DNA of 64,000 bases from Armatimonadota bacterium (lineage in GTDB: Bacteria > Sysuimicrobiota > Sysuimicrobiia > Sysuimicrobiales > Kaftiobacteriaceae): assembly GCA_037440005.1 (NCBI GenBank), contig JBBIUY010000011.1, positions 11,738-75,737 on the forward strand. Reading direction: 5' to 3'. Position 1 is the stretch's first letter. Each line of letters opens with the position of its first letter. A model generated the notes under the pieces. It searched no databases, was not told the origin of the DNA, and worked only from the letters and a program-made list of their open reading frames with translations. A program made the translations under genes and the position numbers. This document shows, in pieces, positions 45,592 through 55,060 of the stretch.

Positions 45592-46772
45592 AGGGTCTCC
45601 CCCCTCCCCGCGGGTCCGAACGCCTCCCGCAGCCGGCGCAGGGCCTCGTCCAGGCGGTCGTCGGGGACCGTCAGGGACACGCGCACGTATCCCTCCCCCT
45701 GTTCACCATACCCGGCGCCGGGGGTGACCACCACCCCGGTGCGGTCCAGGACCGTGGCGGCAAACGCCGCCGAGGACTGGCCCTGGGGTGTGGGCAACCA
45801 GATGTAAAAGGTCGCCCGCAGGTCCGGCGGCCGCCAGCCCAGCCCGCGCAGGGTCGCCAGGGTGCGGTCGCGCCGGGCCTGGTAGATCCGCAGGCGCTCG
45901 TGCAGGACGTGGTCGGGGCCGTCCAGGGCCGCCACCCCGGCGTGCAGGACGGCGCGGAACACCCCCGAATCCACGTTGGTCTTCAGGCGCCCCAGGGCGC
46001 CCACGGCCTGGGCGTTGCCCACCACGAACCCCACCCGCCAGCCGGTCATGCTGTAGGTCTTGGACAGCGAGTGGAACTCCACAGCCACGTCCTTCGCCCC
46101 CGGCACCTCGAGGACGCTGGGAGGCCGGTAGCCGTCGAAGGCGATCTCCGAGTAGGAGTTGTCGTGGACCAGCAGCAGGTCGTGCCGGCGGGCGAACGCC
46201 ACCGCCTCCTCGAAGAACTCCCGGGAGGCGACCGCGCCGGTGGGGTTGTTGGGGTAGTTCAAAAACAGCATCCGCGCCCGGGTCAGGACGTCGGCCGGCA
46301 GGCGGTCCAGATCGGGCAGGAATCCCCGCTCCGGCCGCAGCGGCACCGGGTAGGGCTCGCCTTCGGCCAGGATGGTGGCGGCCCGGTACACCGGGTAGCC
46401 GGGATCGGGCACCAGGGCCACGTCCCCGGGGTTGAGCACCGCCCACGGCAGATGCGCCAGGCCTTCCTTGGAGCCGATCAGCGCCAGGACCTCCCGCTCC
46501 GGATCCAGGGTTACGCCGAAGCGCCGGGCGTACCAGCGGGCCACCGCCTCCCGGAATTCGGACGTCCCTCGGTAGGGTGGATAGCGGTGGCTGCGGGGGT
46601 CGGTGGCGCCCTCCGTCAGCGCGTCGACGATGAACGACGGGGTGGGCAGGTCGGGGTCGCCCACGCCCAGGTTGATGACGTCCACCCCCCGGCGGACCAG
46701 GTCGTCCTGGCGGCGATCCAGGTCCGCAAACAGGTACGCGCCGATCCGGTCCAGCCGTCGTGCCACCTGCAT
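45573..46772 (-). CDS. dapL: LL-diaminopimelate aminotransferase (class I PLP aminotransferase)
   Basis: YLFA, LGVGDPD.PTP, LIGSKEG, NYPNNPTG, SLSKTYSMTGWRVG, NVDSG.F. Confidence 0.8.
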   Translation of the reverse strand: MQVARRLDRIGAYLFADLDRRQDDLVRRGVDVINLGVGDPDLPTPSFIVDALTEGATDPRSHRYPPYRGTSEFREAVARWYARRFGVTLDPEREVLALIGSKEGLAHLPWAVLNPGDVALVPDPGYPVYRAATILAEGEPYPVPLRPERGFLPDLDRLPADVLTRARMLFLNYPNNPTGAVASREFFEEAVAFARRHDLLLVHDNSYSEIAFDGYRPPSVLEVPGAKDVAVEFHSLSKTYSMTGWRVGFVVGNAQAVGALGRLKTNVDSGVFRAVLHAGVAALDGPDHVLHERLRIYQARRDRTLATLRGLGWRPPDLRATFYIWLPTPQGQSSAAFAATVLDRTGVVVTPGAGYGEQGEGYVRVSLTVPDDRLDEALRRLREAFGPAGRGETLSAARG

Positions 46773-46805
46773 TTCGCCCTCCCGGTCCTGCGTCCGTGTC
46801 CGGCT

Positions 46806-47732
46806 TCACTGTAGCATGGTGAGGATCAGGTCGGCTACCTGGGCGGGCGCCAGGTCGTCCACGTCCAGCCACCGGATGCGCGGATCCCGCCGGAACCAGA
46901 TCCACTGCCGCCGGGCGTAGCGGCGGGTATGGCGCACCAGGCGGGCGACCGCCTCCTCCAGCGAACACTCCCCCCGCAGGTACGGCACGATCTCCTTGTA
47001 CCCCAGCCCCTGCATCGCCGGCAGCCGGGGGTCGTAGCCCCGGGCCAGCAGGGCCCGCACCTCGTCCACCAGGCCCCGGTCCAGCTGCTCCCATACCCGG
47101 GCTTCGATGCGCCGGTCCAGGGCGGCGCGGTCCATGGTCAGGCCGATCTGCACCACCGCGCCCACCGGGTCGGCGCGCTGCCACTCGGAGATGGGCCGGC
47201 CGGTGCGGGCATACACCTCCAGGGCCCGGACCAGCCGGCGCACGTTGCGGGGGTGGATGCGGGCGGCGGCGCGGGGGTCGACCTGCCGCAGCCGGGCGTG
47301 CAGGACGCCGGGCTGGGCCCGCTCCTCCTCCTCCAGGCGCGCCCGCAGCGCGGGATCGGGCGGCACCGGGGGGATGGCGAACCCGTCCACCACGGCCCGG
47401 ATGTACAGCCCGGTTCCCCCCACCAGCAGGGGCACGCGCCCGCGGCGGCGGATGGCGTCCAAGGCCTCCAGGGCCAGGGTCCGGTACACCGCCAGGGTCA
47501 CGGTCTGGTCCGGGTCGGCGACGTCCAGCAGGTGATGGGGCACCTGCCGGCGCTGCTCGGGGGTCGGTTTGGCGGTGCCGATGTCCATGCCCCGGTACAG
47601 GGTCCGGGAGTCGGCGCAGACGATCTCCCCGCCGATGCGGCGGGCCAGTTCCACGGCGGCGGCGGACTTGCCCACCGCCGTGGGGCCGCAGATCACCACC
47701 AGGGTCTGCGGGTCTAGCGGCGCAGAAACCAC
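46806..47732 (-). CDS. miaA: tRNA dimethylallyltransferase
   Basis: GPTAVGKS, DS..YRGMDIGTAKP, GGTGLY, YARRQ. Confidence 0.96.
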   Translation of the reverse strand: MVSAPLDPQTLVVICGPTAVGKSAAAVELARRIGGEIVCADSRTLYRGMDIGTAKPTPEQRRQVPHHLLDVADPDQTVTLAVYRTLALEALDAIRRRGRVPLLVGGTGLYIRAVVDGFAIPPVPPDPALRARLEEEERAQPGVLHARLRQVDPRAAARIHPRNVRRLVRALEVYARTGRPISEWQRADPVGAVVQIGLTMDRAALDRRIEARVWEQLDRGLVDEVRALLARGYDPRLPAMQGLGYKEIVPYLRGECSLEEAVARLVRHTRRYARRQWIWFRRDPRIRWLDVDDLAPAQVADLILTMLQ

Positions 47733-49420
47733 GACTCCAGGGTCGTCCTGGGCACGGCGACGAGGGTGGGCCGGCCGTGAAAGCAGGTGAACGGGTCCCG
47801 GGTGCGGGCCAGGTCCGCCAGCAGGGAGGCCATCTCCGCGGGGGTGAGGACGTCCCCCGCCCGGACCGCGGACCGGCAGGCGGTGGCGATGGTCAGCCGC
47901 TCCAGCAGGTCCTCCACCTCCCGCGGGCGGTCAGCGGCCAGGTCGGCCAGCAGGCCGGCCAGGAGCCGGTCGGGGGACAGCCGGGCGGCGATGGCCGGGA
48001 CGGAGCGGACCAGCACCGCGTCTTCTCCGAAGTCCTCCACGACGCACCCGAGGTCGGCCAGGGCCTCCCGGCAGGACGCCAGCAGGGCGGCCTCGGGAGG
48101 GCGCAGCCTCACCACCGCCGGGGGGACCAGCTCCTGGCCGTCGGCCACGCCGGCCCGGCGGCGCTCGATCAGGCGCTCGTACAGGACGCGCTCGTGGGCG
48201 GCGTGCTGGTCGATGAGCACCAGGCCGTCCGGACCCTCGGCCAGCAGGTAGGTGCGGTGCACCTGTCCCAGCAGCCGCAGGGCCGGCAGCCGCCCGGCGG
48301 CGGGGACCTCCACCGGCGCCTCAGGACCCGCCGGCACCTGTGGCACCGCAAGGTCCAGGGGCTCGGACACGCCCGCCGGTCCGGGGGTCCCCCACCCCGC
48401 CGCTGTCACCGCCGGGATGAGGCTGGCCCGCTGCACCGCCGCCCGCACCGCGCGGAAGGCGGCCGCGCAGACGGCGCGCTCGTCGTCAAAGCGCACGTCC
48501 AGCTTGCGCGGGTGGACGTTGACGTCCACGCGTCCGGGAGGCACCTCCACGAACAGGACAAACGCCGGGTGGCGGCTGGCGGGCAGGAGCTGGTGGTAGG
48601 CCTCCTCCACCGCGGCGGTCAGAGCGCGGCTGTGGACCGGGCGGCGGTTGACACACAGGTGCTGCAGGGAGCGGGTGGTCCGGGCCAGTTCCGGGCGGCC
48701 CGCCCACCCCCACACCCGGATCCCGCCGGACCGGTCGTCTACGGGCAGCATCCGTCCGGCGGCGTCCCTGCCCACCACGGCCGCCAGCCGGTCCGGCGGG
48801 TCGGCCGGCGGGTAGCGCAGCACCTCGGCGCCGGCGTGGATCAGCGAGAAGGCCACCTGGGGCGCGGCCAGGGCCAGGCGGTCCACCGCGTCCACGATGA
48901 GGGCGAACTCCCGGGCGGGGGATTTCAGGAACTTGCGCCGCGCCGGCGTGTTGAAGAACAGGTGGCGGACGGTGACCACCGTGCCCGGCGGGGCGCCCAC
49001 CGGCTCGTCGAGCTCCACCTCTCCGCCCCGGACCCGCAGGCGCCGGCCCGCGGGCTCGCCCGGGACGGCGCTGACCAGCTCCAGCAGGGAGACGGCGGCG
49101 ATGCTGGGCAGGGCTTCCCCCCGAAAGCCGAAGGACCGCACCTCCTGCAGGTCCTCGGTCGTCGCGATCTTGCTGGTGGCAAACCGCCGCACGGCCAGCG
49201 GCACGTCCTCGGGGTGGATGCCGCAGCCGTCGTCGGCGACCCGGATGAGGTCCAGCCCCGCGCCGGCCACCTCGACGACGATCCGGCCGGCTCCGGCGTC
49301 CAGGCTGTTTTCCACCAGCTCCTTGACCACCGAGGCCGGGCGCTCCACCACCTCGCCGGCGGCGATCCGGTCGGCCACGGACGGGTCGAGGATGCGGATC
49401 CGGTCCACGGAGGCAGGCAT
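47714..49420 (-). CDS. mutL: DNA mismatch repair protein MutL
   Basis: IAAGEVVERP, GFRGEAL, DQHAAHER endonuclease motif, CFHGRP. Confidence 0.96.
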   Translation of the reverse strand: MPASVDRIRILDPSVADRIAAGEVVERPASVVKELVENSLDAGAGRIVVEVAGAGLDLIRVADDGCGIHPEDVPLAVRRFATSKIATTEDLQEVRSFGFRGEALPSIAAVSLLELVSAVPGEPAGRRLRVRGGEVELDEPVGAPPGTVVTVRHLFFNTPARRKFLKSPAREFALIVDAVDRLALAAPQVAFSLIHAGAEVLRYPPADPPDRLAAVVGRDAAGRMLPVDDRSGGIRVWGWAGRPELARTTRSLQHLCVNRRPVHSRALTAAVEEAYHQLLPASRHPAFVLFVEVPPGRVDVNVHPRKLDVRFDDERAVCAAAFRAVRAAVQRASLIPAVTAAGWGTPGPAGVSEPLDLAVPQVPAGPEAPVEVPAAGRLPALRLLGQVHRTYLLAEGPDGLVLIDQHAAHERVLYERLIERRRAGVADGQELVPPAVVRLRPPEAALLASCREALADLGCVVEDFGEDAVLVRSVPAIAARLSPDRLLAGLLADLAADRPREVEDLLERLTIATACRSAVRAGDVLTPAEMASLLADLARTRDPFTCFHGRPTLVAVPRTTLESWFLRR

Positions 49421-49441
49421 CGACTCACCGGTCCCGGGCGC

Positions 49442-52129
49442 TTAGCGTCCGGGGTCGGGCCCCGGCGCCTTCCGCCTCATCCGCACCACCTTCCCTCCCT
49501 CCGCCGGGCGGGGCGCGGCGTACTGGCGGCGCAGCCTCTCCCGCAGGTCATGGAGGGCGGCCATGGCGTCCATCGGCGTCATCGACTCCAGGGGCAGGGC
49601 CAGCAGCGCCTCCTCCACCGCCGACGGCGCCGCCAGGGGCAGGGACAGCTGCCAGGCGCCGGTGGCGCGGGAGGGCACGGGGGGCAGGAACGCCTCCCCC
49701 GCCGGGGCCGCCCGGGCGGTGGCCTCCAGCCGCGCCAGGATGCGCCGGGCCTGCTCGATCACCGCCGGCGGCAGCCCGGCCAGCTGCGCCACGTGGATGC
49801 CGTAGCTGCGGTCGGCGCGGCCGTCGGCCACCTGGCGCAGGAAGACGATCCGCTGGCCCTCCTCCCGGACCAGCATGGTGACGTTGCGCACCCGCGGCAG
49901 CAGGTCGGCCAGCTCGGTCAGTTCGTGGTAGTGGGTGGCGAACAAGGTGCGGGCGCCCACGCGGTCGTGCAGGTACTCCACCACCGCCCACGCCAGGCTC
50001 ATCCCGTCGTAGGTGGAGGTCCCCCGCCCCACCTCGTCCAGGATGATCAGGCTGCGGGCGGTGGCGTGGTGGAGGATGTGGGCCACCTCCTGCATCTCCA
50101 CCAGGAAGGTGCTCCGTCCCGTGGCCAGGTCGTCGGTGGCCCCCACCCGGGTGAAGATCCGGTCCACCACGCCGATCCGCGCCGCCGCCGCGGGGACGTA
50201 CGACCCGATCTGAGCCAGGAGCACGATCAGGGCGGCCTGGCGCAGGTAGGTGGACTTGCCGGCCATGTTGGGGCCGGTCACGATGAGGATGGCGCGGTCG
50301 TGGGGGGTCATCACCAGGTCGTTGGGGACGAACCGCTCCTCCGCCCGCGTCCGCTCCACCACCGGGTGCCGGCCGGCGCGGATCTCCAGGATCGGCTCGT
50401 CGGTGATCTCCGGACGGGTGTAGCCTCCGGCGACCGCCACCTCGGCCAGGGCCGCCAGGGCGTCCAGGTCGGCCACCGCGTCGGCCGTGCGCAGCAGCGG
50501 CCCCGCCTGCGCCGCCACCTGGTCCCGGACCTGTGCAAACAGCGCCGCCTCCAGCTCGGCGATGCGTTCCTCGGCGCCCAGGATGGCGGCCTCTTTCTCC
50601 TTCATCTCCTGGGTGACGAACCGCTCGGCCCCCACCAGGGTCTGCTTGCGGATGTAGTCGGGCGGCACCAGGTGCAGGTTGGGCCGGGTCACCTCCAGGT
50701 AGTAGCCGAACACCTTGTTGTAGCCCACCCGCAGCGACTTGATCCCGGTGCGCTGGCGCTCGGTCGCCTCCAAGGTGGCGATCCACGCCTTGCCCTCCCG
50801 GCTCAGGCGCCGCAGCTCATCCAGTTCGGGGCTGTAGCCGTCCCGGATGACGCCGCCGTCCTGCACGGTGGCCGGAGGATGGTCGGCGATCGCCGCCTCG
50901 ATGAGGGCCGCCACCGCGGTGTGGTCCCCCACCGCATCCCGCCGGTCCGCCAGAAGTTCGGGGAGGTCGCCGCCCAGGCATCCCGCCAGGGACGGGAGCC
51001 GGCGCAGCGACGCCGCCAGGGCCACCAGGTCCCGGGGCGTGGCCGACCCGTGACCGGCCCGGCCGACCAGCCGGTGCAGGTCGGCCAGACCCCGCAGGCT
51101 GGCCCGCACGTCCTCCCGGACCCGGGTCTGGCCCACCAGGTACGCCACCGCCTCCTGGCGGCGGAGAATCGCCGGGCGGTCCCGCAGCGGCTGCAGCAGC
51201 CACTGCCGCAGCCGGCGGGCGCCCATCGGTGTCAGGGTCTGGTCCACCACCTCCAGCAGCGTGCCCCGACTCCCCCCGTCCCGCAGGTTGCGGACCAGCT
51301 CCAGGTTCCTCCGGGTGGCCTCGTCCACCACCGGGCCGCCGTCGGCGCTGTAGGTCACCAGGCGCCACAGGTGGCGGAGGGGGGCGCGCTGGGTCTGCTG
51401 CAGGTAGTGCAGCAGCGCGCCGGCGGCCGCCACCGCCAGGGGCAGGTGCTCGCAGCCGTACCCGTCCAGGGTCGCCACCTGGAAGTGGGCCAGCAGCCGC
51501 TGGCGCGCGGTGGCCGGGTCGAACGCCCACGCCTCCAGGCGGGTCAGGTGGCTGCCGTCCGGCAGCAGCCCCTCCACGTCGGCGGCGTCGTCGGGGACCA
51601 GCACCTCCCGTGGGGCCAGGCGGGCCAACTCCTCGGCCATCCGCGCCGCCGCCTCAGCTCCGGCCAGTTCGGTCACGCAGAACTCGCCGGTGGACAGGTC
51701 GGCCGCCGCCAGCCCCCAGGCGGCCCCGCCCGGGCGCAGGGCCGCCAGGAAGTTGTTGGCATGGCCGGGCAGCAGGGCGGGTTCCACCAGGGTGCCGGGG
51801 GTGACCACCCGCACCACGTCCCGGCGGACCAGTCCCCGCGCCCGGCGCGGGTCCTCCAGCTGCTCGCAGATGGCGATGCGGTGCCCCCGCTCCACCAGCC
51901 GCGCCAGGTAGCTGTCCAGGGCGTGGTGGGGAATCCCGCACATGGGGACGCGGCGGCCCTTGCCCACCTCCCGGGACGTGAGGGTGATCTCCAGGTCCCG
52001 GGCGGCCACCACGGCGTCGTCGAAGAACAGTTCGTAGAAGTCACCCAGCCGGAACATCAGCAGCATGCCGGGATAGCGGGCCCGCAGCTGCTGGTACTGG
52101 CGCATCATCGGGGTCAGATCCCGGTGCAC
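49442..52129 (-). CDS. mutS: DNA mismatch repair protein MutS
   Basis: TPMMRQY, GDFYELF, GPNMAGKST, DEVGRGT, SYGIHVA; clamp-binding-like QLSLP. Confidence 0.97.
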   Translation of the reverse strand: MHRDLTPMMRQYQQLRARYPGMLLMFRLGDFYELFFDDAVVAARDLEITLTSREVGKGRRVPMCGIPHHALDSYLARLVERGHRIAICEQLEDPRRARGLVRRDVVRVVTPGTLVEPALLPGHANNFLAALRPGGAAWGLAAADLSTGEFCVTELAGAEAAARMAEELARLAPREVLVPDDAADVEGLLPDGSHLTRLEAWAFDPATARQRLLAHFQVATLDGYGCEHLPLAVAAAGALLHYLQQTQRAPLRHLWRLVTYSADGGPVVDEATRRNLELVRNLRDGGSRGTLLEVVDQTLTPMGARRLRQWLLQPLRDRPAILRRQEAVAYLVGQTRVREDVRASLRGLADLHRLVGRAGHGSATPRDLVALAASLRRLPSLAGCLGGDLPELLADRRDAVGDHTAVAALIEAAIADHPPATVQDGGVIRDGYSPELDELRRLSREGKAWIATLEATERQRTGIKSLRVGYNKVFGYYLEVTRPNLHLVPPDYIRKQTLVGAERFVTQEMKEKEAAILGAEERIAELEAALFAQVRDQVAAQAGPLLRTADAVADLDALAALAEVAVAGGYTRPEITDEPILEIRAGRHPVVERTRAEERFVPNDLVMTPHDRAILIVTGPNMAGKSTYLRQAALIVLLAQIGSYVPAAAARIGVVDRIFTRVGATDDLATGRSTFLVEMQEVAHILHHATARSLIILDEVGRGTSTYDGMSLAWAVVEYLHDRVGARTLFATHYHELTELADLLPRVRNVTMLVREEGQRIVFLRQVADGRADRSYGIHVAQLAGLPPAVIEQARRILARLEATARAAPAGEAFLPPVPSRATGAWQLSLPLAAPSAVEEALLALPLESMTPMDAMAALHDLRERLRRQYAAPRPAEGGKVVRMRRKAPGPDPGR

Positions 52130-52306
52130 GCCTCCCTCCTTCGACGGGCGGCCGGCCCGCTACCTGCGGGGGCCGGCATTCGGGGAAGCCAAGCAGTGCT
52201 AAACCGCATCCTTCTTCCTCCCCCGCGGCCCTGGCGTCGCCGGCACGCCTGGGCGCCGGGTCCGGCGAGGAATATATCTTGCTACCTGGACCACAGGACT
52301 GCCGCC

Positions 52307-53383
52307 ATGACCACGACTGTGGACCGCCGGCGGATCATCGGCCGGGGACTGCTCACGGCCACGGGCGGGCTGGTGCTGGCGCTGGGCGTCGCCTGCGTGT
52401 TGGGCCGCCTCAGCCTGCGCCCGGCCTCGGAGACCCGGTGCGCTGCGGCGCTGGGCCTCACCGTGGCCGTGCAGGGCGGGTTGATGCTGGCGGTGCGTCG
52501 CGGCGGAGAGAGAGTCCTGCGGTGGGACAGGCACTTCGTCTACGTCCCCATGGCGGCGGCAACGTTGCTGCTCACCGTGTACATATACGCGGCTCCCGCC
52601 ATGCGGGGGTTGCTGCTGATGTCCTGGCTGGCCGCGCCGGTGTTCCTGGCGGGGCTGGTGGGATTCGCGGGGCTGTTCGGCTTGGCGGCGCTGATGGCCG
52701 CGGGCTACCTGGGGGTGATGGCGCTGCTGGCCCGCCAGGGCGAGCCCGTCGCGATGACCTTGGAGGCGGTGACGGCGGGGGTGTTCCTGCTGATCAACGC
52801 CTACTCGGGGGTGGTCTTCGAGCGCCTGCGACGCCAGCGGGAGGAGCGCAAGGCCCTGCGGGCGCGGCTGGCGGAGCTGGCCGTCACCGACCCCCTCACC
52901 GGACTGTACAACCGCCGCCACTTCGAGGAGATCCTGCGGGCCGAACTCGCCCGCATCCGCCGGTACGGCGGGTGCTGCTCGGTGGCGATGATCGACCTGG
53001 ACTTCTTCAAGGCCTACAACGACACCTTCGGGCACCTGGCGGGCGACGCGCTGCTGCAGGAGCTGGCCGCGCTGCTGCGGGGGCACCTGCGGGTCAGCGA
53101 CGTGCTGGCCCGGTACGGGGGCGAGGAGTTCGCCCTGATCATGGTCAACACCCCCACGGCCGAGGCGGTCCGGGTCATGGAAAGGCTGCGGGCCCTGGTG
53201 GAGGAGTACCCCTTCCGGGGAGGCCGCATCCAGCCCCCGGGCCGGCTCACGGTGAGCGTGGGGATCGCGTCCTGTCCGGAGGACGGCTGCGAGTACGAGG
53301 ACCTGATGCGGGTGGCCGACGCCGCCCTGTACGCGGCCAAGCGGCTGGGCCGCAACCAGGTGCGCAGCGCGTCCCTGGGCTGA
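52307..53383 (+). CDS. Membrane-bound diguanylate cyclase
   Basis: Several TMs; DPLTGLYNRR, DLDFFK, RVSD I-site, GGEEF. Confidence 0.9.
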   Translation: MTTTVDRRRIIGRGLLTATGGLVLALGVACVLGRLSLRPASETRCAAALGLTVAVQGGLMLAVRRGGERVLRWDRHFVYVPMAAATLLLTVYIYAAPAMRGLLLMSWLAAPVFLAGLVGFAGLFGLAALMAAGYLGVMALLARQGEPVAMTLEAVTAGVFLLINAYSGVVFERLRRQREERKALRARLAELAVTDPLTGLYNRRHFEEILRAELARIRRYGGCCSVAMIDLDFFKAYNDTFGHLAGDALLQELAALLRGHLRVSDVLARYGGEEFALIMVNTPTAEAVRVMERLRALVEEYPFRGGRIQPPGRLTVSVGIASCPEDGCEYEDLMRVADAALYAAKRLGRNQVRSASLG

Positions 53384-53478
53384 TCCCCAAATTTTCCATC
53401 AAAGTTCCGCCCACCTTCCCCGTCCGGACCGCCCCACCCGCCGAGCGCGGGCGACCGGCCCATGACGTGTGGGGCGCC

Positions 53479-53494
53479 CGGCACCGGGCTTGCT
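53479..53494 (+). promoter_or_regulatory. Sigma54-type -24/-12 promoter
   Basis: CGGCACC-GGGC-TTGCT (GG-N10-GC). Confidence 0.55.
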
Positions 53495-53565
53495 CTTGTG
53501 GACCGGTGGCGCCGGAGGCGATCTCGATCCTGCGGAGCACGCGCACAGGAGGGGCGATAAGGGCG

Positions 53566-53724
53566 ATGCGGTACGAGGAGTTCGACGTCATCCAGTCGCG
53601 ATTCAACGACCTGGACCGCCGGCTGCAGCTGATCCTGGTGGGGTGGGTGGTGAGCATGACCGCCTTCCTGGTGGGCCTGCGGCTGCTGACGGCCAACGCG
53701 ACCATGCTGTCCCTGATCCGCTAG
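53566..53724 (+). CDS. 52-aa hypothetical membrane protein
   Basis: AGGAGG upstream; short coiled-coil-like segment plus one TM. Confidence 0.65.
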   Translation: MRYEEFDVIQSRFNDLDRRLQLILVGWVVSMTAFLVGLRLLTANATMLSLIR

Positions 53725-53825
53725 CGGGACCTCCCCTCCCCGCACCGGGCCGGGGCCGGAGCCTCAGTTGCTTCGGCCCCGGCCGCGTTTCGTCCCCCAG
53801 CACAGTGAGCGGACTGGCCGGTTTG

Positions 53826-53841
53826 TGGCACGAAAATTGCT
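53826..53841 (+). promoter_or_regulatory. Sigma54 -24/-12 promoter
   Basis: TGGCACG-AAAA-TTGCT, full consensus match. Confidence 0.8.
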
Positions 53842-53879
53842 CTGAATTGACGGCAGTATTCAGACGATGCGGGGGACCG

Positions 53880-54299
53880 ATGGGGCGGCGCCTGAAGCTG
53901 GAGGACGTGACGTGCGAGGTGACCCCGTCCCGGACGCGGGCGCGGGTGCAGCTGCGCAACTCCGGGGTCTCCCACGTGGGCCTGGCCACCGGGCAACCCC
54001 AGGAGGCGTGCGCCCGGGTGGTGGCCCAGGCCACGGTGAACGCCGTGCGGATGTACGCCGGGTTTGCCGGAGCGGACCTGCGGCTCGCCCTGGACTCGGT
54101 GCAGGTGCTGACCGCCCCCACTCCCCTGGCGGTGGTGACCGTGACCCTGGGGGCGGGCGGGCGCGAGTTCTTGCTGGCCGGGTCGGCGCCGGCCGGCGAA
54201 GACCCCCGGTGGGCCGTGGCCCGGGCCGTCCTGCAGGCCCTCAACCGGCAGATCGAGCGGATCGCCCCTCCGGACGCGCAGGTGGCGGCGCTCGGCTGA
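53880..54299 (+). CDS. Hypothetical protein, stand-alone version of the C-terminal domain of 37336..38613
   Basis: Shared pattern R..L..V...A.V.L...G.A.G...V..ATV.A...L.GSA...DP..AV.RA...A.NR. Confidence 0.75.
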   Translation: MGRRLKLEDVTCEVTPSRTRARVQLRNSGVSHVGLATGQPQEACARVVAQATVNAVRMYAGFAGADLRLALDSVQVLTAPTPLAVVTVTLGAGGREFLLAGSAPAGEDPRWAVARAVLQALNRQIERIAPPDAQVAALG

Positions 54300-54313
54300 C
54301 TCCCGCTGGGCAG

Positions 54314-54856
54314 TCAGCGTCGGCGTCGGCTCCGGCGGTCTGCGGCGATCCGGGCGCGCCGGGCTGCGGGCGGGGCGGTGCGGGCCCGGTACCTCTGCTG
54401 GGCGTCGCGGACCGTCCGCTCGGCCTCCGGGCGTCCCGACCAGCCTAAGACCTCCGTCGGCTTTTTCTCCAGCGCCTTGTAGACCGTGAAGAAGTGCTCG
54501 ATCTCGGCCAAGAAGTGAGCGGGCAGCTGGGCCAGCTCGGCCACGTCCTGGAACCGGGGGTCCCCGGCCGGGACGGCCAGGATCTTCTGGTCCCGGCCCT
54601 TCTCGTCCACCATGTCCAGCACGCCCACCGGCCGCACCGGGACCAGGCAGCCCGGAAAGGTCGGCTCGTAGGTGGCGACCAGCACGTCCAGGTGGTCGTC
54701 GTCCTCGGCCAGGGTGTCCACGATGAAGCCGTAGTCGGCCGGGTAGTGCAGGGGCGAGTACAGGACCCGGTCCAGGCGGATGCGGTGCTGGAGGGGGTCG
54801 TACTCGTACTTGTTGCGGCTGCCTTTGGGGATCTCCACCAGGGCGTCCACGATCAC
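54314..54856 (-). CDS. ppa: Inorganic pyrophosphatase (family I)
   Basis: EIPKGSRNKYE, DRVL, YPADYG, DDDHLD, FF.VYK.LE. Confidence 0.93.
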   Translation of the reverse strand: MIVDALVEIPKGSRNKYEYDPLQHRIRLDRVLYSPLHYPADYGFIVDTLAEDDDHLDVLVATYEPTFPGCLVPVRPVGVLDMVDEKGRDQKILAVPAGDPRFQDVAELAQLPAHFLAEIEHFFTVYKALEKKPTEVLGWSGRPEAERTVRDAQQRYRARTAPPAARRARIAADRRSRRRR

Positions 54857-54923
54857 CGGTCTCACCTCGGGACGGCGGAACCGCGCGCCGCCCGGCCGGG
54901 CGGCGTCCCACCCGGACACGGGC

Positions 54924-55017
54924 TGGCGGAGGGCCGTGGGAATCGAACCCACCGGAGGCCGACCGGCCTCCCGCCGGTTTTGAAGACCGGAAGGGCCACC
55001 AGGCCCCGTTGCCCTCC
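54924..55017 (-). tRNA. selC: tRNA-Sec (UCA)
   Basis: 94 nt; anticodon loop CTTCAAA; 6-bp D-stem with 4-nt loop; long variable arm; G73 and CCA; next to selB/selA. Confidence 0.95.
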
Positions 55018-55030
55018 GCGCGTCATCCCG

Positions 55031-55060
55031 ATGGTACCCCCGCCCTTCTCCCCCGGTCAA
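55031..55060 (-). promoter_or_regulatory. Promoter of selC(-ppa)
   Basis: TTGACC-18-TACCAT on the minus strand. Confidence 0.55.

Noticed and set aside
43400..45700. KOPS-like GGGNAGGG polarity around dif
   Set aside because: Some copies point toward dif, but counter-oriented ones exist (e.g. 44821) and G-runs are common at this GC content; it needs a proper count
47777..52306. 1868-aa + strand ORF
   Set aside because: Antisense shadow of mutL/mutS in high-GC DNA; only the last 358 aa (the DGC from 52307) look like a real protein
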